Assembly: GCF_006345805.1 (NCBI RefSeq)
Contig: NW_021824596.1
Span: forward strand, 1 to 17,985
Origin: Octopus sinensis
Lineage: Eukaryota
Direction of reading: 5' to 3'
DNA: 17,985 nucleotides
Each line of letters begins with the position of its first letter. Positions within the stretch are counted from its first letter, which is position 1. Positions 10,098 to 17,985 of the stretch are shown in pieces. The position numbers were made by a program, and so were the translations under genes. The notes beneath the pieces are model-generated. The model did no database searches and had not been told where the DNA came from. It saw only the letters and a list, made by a program, of their open reading frames with translations.

Positions 10098-10410
10098 GTT
10101 AGTAGTAGTAGTAGTAGTAGTAGCAGTGGTGGTAGCAGCATCAGCTGTGGTAGTGGTAATAGCAGCAGCAGTAGTAGTAGTAGTAGTAGCAGCAGTGGTA
10201 GTAGCAGTAGTAGTAGTAGAAGTAGCAATGGTAGTAGTTGTAGTAGTAGCAACAGCCGCTGTGGTAATGGTAATAGCAGCAGTAGTAGTAGTAGCAGTGG
10301 CAGTAGTAGAAGTAGCAGTGGTAGTAGTAGTAGTAGCAGTGGTAGTAGCTGTTGTTACAGTAGTAGTAGCAGCAGTAGTAGAAACAGTAGTAGTAGTAGT
10401 AGTAGTAGTT
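10098..10410. repeat. (GTA/GCA)n trinucleotide array
   Basis: Direct reading. Confidence 0.95.
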
Positions 10411-10611
10411 TTTGTACAGCCTTAAGGTCAGCCATCCCTGATCGAAGCAGACACAACTACAATCTAAGGCATTTCATTTGTTATACCGCATGGAGTACCA
10501 TTGTCTTTCAATAGGATTCTACTCAGTTTTCTATCACGTGTTCACCCAGAGCCATCTGAGCAGTACTATACACCCCTGGGCAAAAAGCAGTATACTGGCC
10601 CTTGAATATTG

Positions 10612-10796
10612 GTTTGAAGTTTTGGCACAAGGCCACCAATTTGGGGGGAGGAGTTAAGTCGATTAATCGACTCCAGTTCTCAACTGGTACTTAATCTATT
10701 GACCCCGAAAGGAAAAGTGGACCTCAGCCTTATTTATATTCGAACGGGAAAATGGATGTCCGGCATGCTAACCATTCTGTCAGTTGGTCACCTTCA
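10612..10796 (-). mobile_element. decayed SINE sharing the family B central domain but with a different 3' end
   Basis: TAAGTCGATTAATCGACTCCAG..ACTGGTACTTAATCTATTGACCCCGAAAGG and CCGGCATGCTAACCATTCTGTCAG match family B. The flank TTTTGGCACAAGGCCACCAATTTGGGGGGAGG replaces the family B tail. Confidence 0.7.
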
Positions 10797-10822
10797 TTGG
10801 CCCTTTAATGTTAATTAGCGAT

Positions 10823-10886
10823 TAAAGGCGGTGCCCCAGCATGGCCGCAGTCAAATGACTGAAACAATTAAATGAATAAAAGAATA
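10823..10886 (+). mobile_element. SINE family A extreme 3' end followed by (TA)n
   Basis: TAAAGGCGGTGCCCCAGCATGGCCGCAGTCAAATGACTGAAAC matches 1620-1650 and the reverse complement of ~4890-4935. Confidence 0.8.
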
Positions 10887-10887
10887 T

Positions 10888-10937
<50 letters not shown>

Positions 10938-10947
10938 CATACACACA

Positions 10948-11090
10948 CACGACAGGTTTCTGCACAATTTCTATCAAGCAAATATCACTCTAAGCAAAAC
11001 TGTGATCAAACCCACCCACCTACTCACTAAATGTTTCAGGCCGTGAAATCGATCTCAAAACCACTAGCTTCAAGATATAATTCTTAACTA
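10948..11090 (-). mobile_element. highly diverged family A-like SINE head
   Basis: CACGACAGGTTTCTGCACAATTTCTATCAAGCAAATATCACTC...GAAATCGATCTCAAAACCACTAG loosely follows the family A minus-strand pattern. Confidence 0.4.
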
Positions 11091-11394
11091 CGCATCTATA
11101 CCTTGGGTTCCCCTCAGTAAAGTATCTCCTGAACTTCCTCGGCCCAGTTTATCTGTATTCTCTTACGTTCCGGTTATATTGCTAGTTTGAAGAAAACTGA
11201 TCGGAGCTAATTATGCATGACACAGTACAGCATACGGCTTAATGCATTTGATTTCGTTAATCAGATGTAATGTTGTTTGGGATTGTCTTTATGTTAAAAA
11301 CCAACCGACCAGTGGACTATCACAATACGTTTGCTTGGAATCCCAAATGTATAGTGTATACGCATATACCTCTGTACATATACGGAATCACGTG

Positions 11395-11487
11395 GTGGTG
11401 GTGGCGGCGGTAGTGAGGCAGAAGGGGTGGTGTTGGTGAAGATGGAAAGGGTGGTAAGAGTAGTAACGTTAGTAGTAGCAGTCGTAA

Positions 11488-11521
<34 letters not shown>

Positions 11522-11686
11522 CGTAGCAGCAGTAGTAGTAGCAGTCGTAAAAGTAGTAGTAGTCGTAGCAGCAGTGGTTGTAGTAGTAGTAGCAGCAGTG
11601 GTGGTAGTAGTAGTAACAGCTCTGGTAGACGTAGTAGCAGCAGCAGCAGTGATAGTAGTTGCAGCAGCAGTGGTAGTAGCAGCAGC

Positions 11687-11775
<89 letters not shown>

Positions 11776-11875
11776 CAGCAGCAGTAGTGGTGGTGCTGGT
11801 GATAGTAGTGATGGTGGAGATGACGGTAGAGAGGTTAGAAAGGGCTGTGTTGGTAAAGGTGGAAATGGTAGTCTG
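11395..11875. repeat. (GTA/GCA/GTG)n trinucleotide array
   Basis: Direct reading. Confidence 0.95.
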
Positions 11876-11884
11876 TATCACTAG

Positions 11885-12068
11885 CGATTTTTTCCCCTCT
11901 GTCTTCCCTTCTCGGGATCTTTCCTTTTCCTATGTTTCCGACGAAGAGCTCCGCTCGAAACGTCAAACCCTCCTTCTTCCCTTCTTTCCTGAGCGTCCAA
12001 TAAGACTTTATTTGTTCCACGTCCTTGCGTTGTTGTTTTTTTGTTTTTGTTTTCTTGTTTGGATTAAC
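11885..12068 (+). mobile_element. short (TA)n-adjacent interspersed repeat, putative non-autonomous Penelope-like/retrozyme element, copy 2
   Basis: Inverted homologue of 6662-6817. It ends GGATTAAC immediately before GT(TA)n and carries the hammerhead-like motif. Confidence 0.75.
11934..11968 (+). ncRNA. minimal type I hammerhead ribozyme motif (copy 2)
   Basis: GTTT (11934-37), CCGACGA (11938-44), extra A, GAGC-TCC-GCTC (11946-56), GAAAC (11957-61), GTC (11962-64), AAAC (11965-68). Stem I GTTT/AAAC closes exactly on the core and the GUC cleavage triplet. Confidence 0.6.
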
Positions 12069-12164
12069 GTTATATATATATATATACATGTAAATTTAAA
12101 TTTAAAATAATAAGGGTGAAAAATTGAATATTAATTTGATTAATATGAATTTAAAACCAGTGGT

Positions 12165-12681
12165 GTAGCATATAAGACCATAGCGGATCTTCTTCTAGCA
12201 TAATGGATGTCCAGTTACAGTTCATCCCTGTTATATAATAGTTTCACTTTAATAGTTTCAGTAATAAAGTGTAAGTATTAAAGTGAAAGCATCTGACATT
12301 ACAATAGAGAGATGTTTTTGTTTCACTTTTGACACGTAATACTGAAATAGTGGAGAAGATATGATATTGCTATGGGCTCGCCCTAGGCAAGAAATTAATT
12401 TTTTACCCATGACACTCCATGGACGCTAAGTAAGGCATGTGCAAATTTTGAATGAAATTGCTTGTGTAGTTCCCAAGTTTTAGGGATTCATAGTGGAGAA
12501 GATATGATTTTGATATGGGCTCGCCCTAGGCAAGAAGTTAAAATTTTTTATTTACCCATGACACTACATAGACCCTAAGTAAGGCATGTGTAAAATTTTA
12601 ATGAAATTGGTTGTGTAGTTCTCAAGTTTTAGGGATTCACTCAGACAGACTGACACACATTTTCAGTTTTATATATATAGA
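12165..12681 (-). mobile_element. non-autonomous Helitron-like element with an internal tandem duplication
   Basis: The minus-strand 5' end is TCTATATATATAAAACTGAAAATGTGTGTCAGTCTGTCTG, followed by AAACTTGAGAACTACACAACCAATTTCATTAAAATTTTAC. This resembles the TC start, short-repeat leader and AATTTCA..AAATTT motif of non-autonomous Helitrons. The 3' CTRR end is uncertain (candidate CTGG|T near 12160-12165). Confidence 0.5.
12348..12639. repeat. two-copy tandem repeat (12348-12490, 143 bp; 12491-12639, 149 bp)
   Basis: Both units begin TAGTGGAGAAGATATGAT, contain ATGGGCTCGCCCTAGGCAAGAA and TAAGTAAGGCATGTG, and end TTTTAGGGATTCA. Confidence 0.95.
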
Positions 12682-12840
12682 TATATATAGATATATACAT
12701 ATACATATATATGTATATCTATCTATCTAACTATATATATATATATATATACTCACACATAAATATCTATCTATCTATATATATATATATATACCCACAT
12801 ATATATCTATACATATATGTGTGTGTGTGTGTGTGTGTGT
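12682..12840. repeat. (TA)n/(TCTA)n/(GT)n compound microsatellite
   Basis: Direct reading. Confidence 0.9.
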
Positions 12841-13139
12841 AGAATACACACACTCATGAATACACTGCATTCGTACCAAATTAATTGTTTTCGATACAAT
12901 AAAATTCATATTCAGTTCGCACGGTCGTTTTTAAATGCCAGTCAGTCAGCTCAATTGTTGAGCGCTGTATGCTTGCTTAATTCATTGTTAGAGACATTTC
13001 TGCTCCGATTCCGCCGAGAACTCAGAAAATCTCTCTATAACAAACCATTCAGGTTTCACACAGTTTCTTCTTTATTGATTCGTTCCGCTCGTTTCACATT
13101 GACGGTTACATTCTTCGTGTCGTGTTGTTTGTCTATAAG

Positions 13140-13598
13140 TATGTATGTATGTTATATATATATATATATACACACCTATATATACTCATACATGTACATA
13201 ATATCCATCTCTATATATCTACGCATACATATATGTACTTATATATATATATATATATATACATCTATACATCCATAGGCTCTCTCTGAATGTATGTGTG
13301 TCCGTGTGTGTATATATGTAGAGGTATGTGTGCGAGTGTGAGAGAGCGTATTGATGTGTGAGAACATATATATGTGGGTATATGTATGTATTTATATGTA
13401 TGTTTGCATTTATATGTATGTATATGTTTATATGTATGTATGTATTTATATGTATGTGTGTATCTATGTGTATGTGTGTATATGTAGATGTATGTGTACG
13501 TGTATGAGAGCTTATGTATGTACATATATATGCGCCCATGTATAAATAAATAAATCAATCAAAGCAAGCTTCATATATATATATGTGTGTATATATAT

Positions 13599-13635
<37 letters not shown>

Positions 13636-13638
13636 ATA

Positions 13639-13680
<42 letters not shown>

Positions 13681-13870
13681 GGTATATATATATATATATA
13701 TGTGTGTGTATATATATGTATGCGTGTGTATATGTGTGTTTGTGTATATATATATGTGTGTGTATATATGTATGTGTGTATATATATTTATGTGTACGTG
13801 CGTGTGTATATATGTGTGTGTTTGTGTGTGGTATATATATGAGAGAGTGAGAGATTAACACACATACACA
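13140..13870. repeat. compound (TA)n/(TG)n/(TATG)n array
   Basis: Direct reading. Confidence 0.95.
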
Positions 13871-14287
13871 CTCATCGTGTATGTGTAAATAATGCATTAT
13901 AAAATAAAATAAAAACGAAAGCCGGTTTCATGAAGCGATGTCCATTTTACATCTGAACACACTTTCTGTATGGAACCCATTGAGGTGTTGTCGGTGAATA
14001 GAATGAGTTTGTGTGTTTGTGTGTGGATTCCAAACTTCTTTTTTATTTTTGTTGTTGCTGTTGTTTAACCCCAAGTCGGTTCTGATCGAGTAACACCGAT
14101 GATCAAAAGCCTGCTAACGATGCATGACCTCGCCGCCATTAATAGTTTTCTGTTTGTCGTATCAGACCGTTTATCGAGGAGTACATTATGGCAATGTGTA
14201 TCCTTCGGTAGACATGATCAAAGACATTCCACCCATAGCCGACCCACCTGTTTTTCTTCGCTTTGTTTTCTTTTTGTTCCAGGTATA

Positions 14288-14540
14288 GGCGCGGACATGG
14301 CTGTATGGTAACAAGCTTGCTTCTCAACCACATGGTTTCGGGTTCAATCCCACCGCGTGACACTTAGGTTAAATGTCTTCTATAACTCAAGGCCGACGAA
14401 AACCTTACGAGGGAATTTGGTAGATGAAAGCCGAAAGAGGGCCGTCGTTTATGTTTGTGTGTGTGTCCAAACACTACTTCACAACCGGGGTTGGTTTGTT
14501 TACTTCTCCGTAACGCAACACTTCGGTAAAAGAAATACTG
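14288..14540 (+). mobile_element. diverged SINE family A copy (head, short (GT)n, partial tail)
   Basis: GGCGCGGACATGGCTGTATGGTAACAAGCTTGCTTCTCAACCACATGGTTTCGGGTTCAATCCCAC has A-box and B-box-like segments and is colinear with the reverse complement of 5177-5329. Confidence 0.85.
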
Positions 14541-14599
14541 AGATGTAAAAGATGAAAATACAAAATAATAAGCAAAGGAGTTGTAGTTTAGGGAGTCGG

Positions 14600-14875
14600 G
14601 TGGCCTGACTGACTTGGATGGATCGTTGTCAATCATGGCCTGGATCTCACCAACAAATTCAGGAGTTCTTTTCTTATCAGAACAATCAGAGTGAGGTTTC
14701 CGAGCTGCTGTACTTCGTAATCACCATTAGACTCTTCCAACTCTTTCCGAATCCTCTGCACTATCCTCAGATTGACACCCAAACACTCTGAAATGTTTGT
14801 ATTGGAGCATCTGGCGCGAATGCCAAACAGTACAGCATGTCGTTTCCAAATTTCTGGCAAAATGAATTGCATTAT
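14600..14875 (-). pseudogene. Tc1/mariner-superfamily transposase N-terminal fragment with one frameshift
   Basis: MQFILPEIWKRHAVLFGIRARCSNTNISECLGVNLRIVQRIRKELEESNGDYE, then a shifted frame TAARKPHSDCSDKKRTPEFVGEIQAMIDNDPSKSVR. The pattern HTH (I...LGV....V.RI.K), basic linker and start of a second HTH resembles Tc1/maT transposases. It is truncated thereafter. Confidence 0.75.
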
Positions 14876-16260
14876 GTTAGTTAGTTAGTTAATTTTTTGG
14901 CTCAAAAAGCAAAAAGCAAGGCCATGTAGGGGGACATGGAGTTATGTTCAGGGTGGTGTTCATGTAAAGAGTTCAGGCCACATGAGGTCAAGGGAGACTT
15001 TGAACAAAGCGGTCGTCAGCATCTTCACCATCTCGTCTGGCAGCTTGTTCCACGGATCCGCAACCCGGACGGAGAAAGCCCCTCTCCTTCGATTGAGCTT
15101 TTCGGAATGACCCCGCAGCCGATGCTCTGGAGCAGGAGTGAAGAACAGCTCTTTCGAGAGGCTACACTTTCCGCTTATGATGTTGTGAGCAAGAATGAGG
15201 TCACCACGGCGTTGTCGTTTTTCGAGAGAATAAAAGTCGAGCGTCTTCAGCCTTTCTTCATAAGACAAATTCTTGAGACCATGAACCATGCGGGTAGCCA
15301 GCTTCTGGACTCTTTCGAGATGCTGTATGTCTTTGAGGAGATAAGGAGAAGAGGCTTGAATCCCGTACTCCAATATGGGTCTCACCAGCGTAACATAGAG
15401 CGGTAGGAATATGGCTGCTGTGAGCATTCCGAACATAACTCCGCGTGCTTTGTTGGCAGCATGGACGCACTGGGCCGAAGGCGAAAAGGAGGAATCCACC
15501 AAGATACCCAGGTCCTTTACCTGATCGGTCCTCTCCAGCAGCAGACGACCCCGGCTCGAAATCAAGTTGAGTTGCAGGAGAGAGCCAACAGGCAGATGAC
15601 AGCACTTTGACACGTTCAGACACGGGCCCCATTCGTTAGACCACCTCCAAATTTGGTGGAGGCATCGACGAAGATCCTCTATATCACTGCAAGGAGCGAC
15701 CAGTTTGACATCGTCGGCAAATAGAAGGGTGTGTTGCGTGAGGTCGTCGGGCAAGTCATTTATGAAGACTAAGAACAATAAGGGCCCAAGCACTGAACCT
15801 TGAGGCACGCCACTGCTCGCACTGGAGACGTCGGACCGCGAAACCATTAACTTGGACTTGGAAGGAGCGATCTGAGAGGAAGGCACCAACCCATCGTACA
15901 ATATCCGGATGGAAACTATATGCTTGAAGCTTGACAAGTAATAGGCGGTGGTTTAACCGAGTCAAAGCTTTGGCAAAGTCCAATAAAACGATGTCAACAG
16001 CATCACTATCATCGAGGATGCGCATCACCAATTCTTCCATTACCAGTAAGTTGGTCAAAGCATGATCTCTTCGGCACGAAGCCGTTGTTGGGAATCAGAG
16101 ATAGAGGCTGTGTTTTGGAGGTGGAGCATCATACTTTTTAAGGATGGTTTCGAACATCTTGCTGATTATTGATGTAAGGGAAACCGGTCGGTAGTTAAGC
16201 GGGTCTTCGCGACTCCCTTTCTTGAAAATTGGGCAGATTATCGCTGTTCTCCAGTCCGCA
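14876..16260 (-). mobile_element. 5'-truncated, degenerate CR1-group (CR1/L2/Crack) LINE; reverse transcriptase and C-terminal region
   Basis: Three frameshifted pieces: DWRTAIICPIFKKGSREDPLNYRPVSLTSIISKMFE; DIVLLDFAKA...RWVGAFLSDRSFQVQVNG; SGVPQGSVLGPLLFLVFINDLP...LFADDVKL...VKDLGI...LYVTLVRPILEY...LERVQKLATRM...SYEERL...RRGDLI...RLRGH...PWNKLP. It has a short 3' UTR ending in a (TAAC)n tail at 14876-14892. Confidence 0.92.
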
Positions 16261-16382
16261 TTTTTCTCACAGACGGTGCCCAACTGATCCTACTATACTG
16301 TGTAGTCGACATAAAAACAAACAATGCGTATGCGTGAAATTAAAATTATAGAATGGTGACAATTTACCCATCGCACCCTATA
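16261..16382 (-). mobile_element. probable TIR and 5' leader of the Tc1/mariner element whose ORF resumes at 14875
   Basis: The minus strand reads TA-TAGGGTGCGATGGGTAAATTGTCACC..., a Tc1/mariner-like terminus next to a TA. It has the same orientation as the transposase fragment and ends exactly at the LINE 5' truncation point. Confidence 0.6.
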
Positions 16383-16465
16383 TACATATATTACATACTA
16401 CATACATACATATATATATATTATATATATATATATAATATATATATATATATATAATCAATATA
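16383..16465. repeat. (TA)n microsatellite
   Basis: Direct reading. Confidence 0.95.
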
Positions 16466-16536
16466 GGGTAGCAAAAAATTCAATAGTAATTTTTCGCCAC
16501 CAGCGGTCTAGTGAGAAAGAGAAAATAGTCAGAGAC

Positions 16537-16650
16537 TATATATATAAATTCAACACAATTGAGGAACGGTTCGATAGGCCATTCAACCCACTAGTGGGTT
16601 GAATGGCCTATCGAAGCCGTTCTCAATTGTTGTTGAATTATATATATATA
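16537..16650. repeat. ~114-bp palindrome with a perfect spacerless 46-bp core (16570-16615), bounded by (TA)n on both sides
   Basis: TTCGATAGGCCATTCAACCCACT|AGTGGGTTGAATGGCCTATCGAA. The arms extend through GAACGG/CCGTTC, CAATTGA/TCAATTG and AATTCAACA/TGTTGAATT with three single-base bulges. Confidence 0.95.
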
Positions 16651-17364
16651 TGTTCTACGTTACGCCGCTGACCTCGTGTCGCGTCGCCGCCGGCGCAGCG
16701 GACGGGCTAGTCGTCGCTTCCCGTTCCGCCACAGGTAATAATTACTGGTATTTTTATATATGTAAAGCATAATCTGTTATGCATATATGTATATTGTTAT
16801 AATTGTTTTGTATTTTTTTTCAAAAAATAAATAGATACAATATAATGTCTAAAAGTTGATGAATACCACCTCTTGATCCCCTCTATTTTCTTATTGCCGT
16901 ATATGAGTCAATACGGCTTATCCTGTCCTTCTCATAAGCTGTCCTCCTCAATGCGTTCAAAATAATTTTTCCATCGTCTTGGCTTAACAGCCCTCATCAT
17001 TTGTTTTTACTGTGTTATTCTCCGTGTCGTGTCTTTTACTGTTTTTATTTCTATTGTTTTTATTGTCTTGTTTTGATTTTACTGTCCTGTTCTTGTTATC
17101 ACTTTTACCCCTCCGCAAAAAATCCCCAATTTTATTTAATTTGCTCTTCGGGAAGGACTGTTTCAACGAAGTTGCGTCTTGTCCTTACCTTCGGAACGCG
17201 GAGTAGACGAAACAAGGACAACTGAAGAAGGGGAATATTCCTTGTGTTGTATGTCTTGTACTCTGTTTTTTCGTTGTTTGAAAAAAAAAAGTTCGTTTCC
17301 ATGTTTTTGTTTTTATGTTTTCGTTTCTCATTGTGTTCAACGTTTTTTTGGTGTCCTGTACTCA

Positions 17365-17540
17365 TATATGCATACATATATACATATAGATGTAGGTATG
17401 TACATATATGTATGTATATATGCATGTTTATATATTATTTATGTTGTATATATATACATACAATATATATATGCACACACACACACACACACGAACACAT
17501 AGACATGCATACACACATGCAAGCTCACATACACACTCAG
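17365..17540. repeat. (TA)/(TG)/(CA) low-complexity array
   Basis: Direct reading. Confidence 0.9.
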
Positions 17541-17889
17541 AGATATAGCTATATGCCGGCATAGTTATAGACACATGCATGAACACATGAACGCATACAC
17601 TCTAATTTTAATAGGTTTTGTACAAAAAGAAACTACGAGCGAACAAAGACTTGAGAAGACAAATAGGTGCTCCACCCAGTCAGTAGAAATGTACACACAA
17701 ACAACAATAAAAATTTCTGTCAATGATAGTGACACATCTTCATTTTCCGCAGTAACAATAAAATATTTATCTAGAAAAAAAAAAAAAAAAGACAAAAATG
17801 TTATGGCTGAAATACATTTGATCATATTTCGGCTGCGACGAAGCCGACACGGGATTTAAAATAAAAAAAAACAACTATATTTATCATAC

Positions 17890-17985
17890 GCGAAGACGTG
17901 GCTACGTGGCAAGTAGCTTGCTTCTCGACGACAGAGATCCGGGTTCAGTCACACTATGTGACACCTAGGGCAGGTGACTTCTGCT
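17890..17985 (+). mobile_element. diverged SINE family A head, running off the window end
   Basis: GTGGCTACGTGGCAAGTAGCTTGCTT...CCGGGTTCAGTCACACTATGTGACACCTAGGGCAGGTG is colinear with 14288-14380. Confidence 0.8.

Noticed and set aside
11102-11181. Minus-strand donor CAAG|GTATAG with an upstream candidate exon
   Set aside because: The 80-bp version has stops in all three frames and the 51-bp version has a purine-rich, poor acceptor.
255-13897. Dozens of long ORFs rich in HT, YI, VC, poly-V, poly-T or poly-H (for example 8933-9955, 340 aa; 11427-12110; 7281-7811)
   Set aside because: They are translations of CA, TA, GTA and CAC microsatellites, which lack stop codons by composition.
14249-14301. 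Minus-strand mini-exon MSAPIPGTKRKQSEEKQ with donor CAG|GTGGGT, and a plus-strand acceptor-like TTTTGTTCCAG at ~14282
   Set aside because: It straddles a SINE head and what appears to be another repeat fragment (ATGATCAAAGACATTCC, similar to ~14100), so the splice-like signals are probably fortuitous.
14936-15632. ORFs 14936-15406 (+) and 15258-15632 (-)
   Set aside because: Alternative frames overlapping the LINE reverse transcriptase region.
14876-16260. Horizontal-transfer origin of the relatively GC-rich LINE
   Set aside because: Higher GC is normal for LINE coding sequence in an AT-rich genome, and no phylogeny can be run here.
16971-17001. Minus-strand ATGATGA-G-GGC(TGTTAA)GCC-AAGACG resembling a hammerhead core
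   Set aside because: C3 is missing, GAAA is replaced by AAGA, and there is no NUH or stem I in register. Too degenerate to support.
1-17985. CRISPR arrays, bona fide tRNA or rRNA genes, prokaryotic operons
   Set aside because: No repeat-spacer structure is present, the tRNA-like segments are SINE heads without a full cloverleaf, and the sequence is eukaryotic.

Overview
AT-rich, microsatellite-dense eukaryotic DNA. The SINE families and repeat landscape point to an octopod cephalopod (Octopus sp.), which is inference from recognised repeats and not a database hit. The window looks intronic/intergenic. Almost all ORFs in the supplied track are artefacts of CA/TA/GTA/CAC/GATA repeats. Supportable content: (1) one candidate 210-bp phase-0 coding exon of an unidentified minus-strand gene (5763-5972); (2) many tRNA-derived SINE copies from at least two families, one nested with a target-site duplication; (3) a mariner remnant retaining a stop-free DNA-binding domain; (4) a second Tc1/mariner remnant apparently split by a 5'-truncated CR1-group LINE; (5) a MITE with 29-bp TIRs and a Helitron-like element with an internal ~145-bp tandem duplication; (6) two long palindromes; and (7) two inverted copies of a short (TA)n-adjacent repeat, each carrying a minimal type I hammerhead-ribozyme motif of the Penelope/retrozyme kind. 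Item 7 is the most interesting signal.
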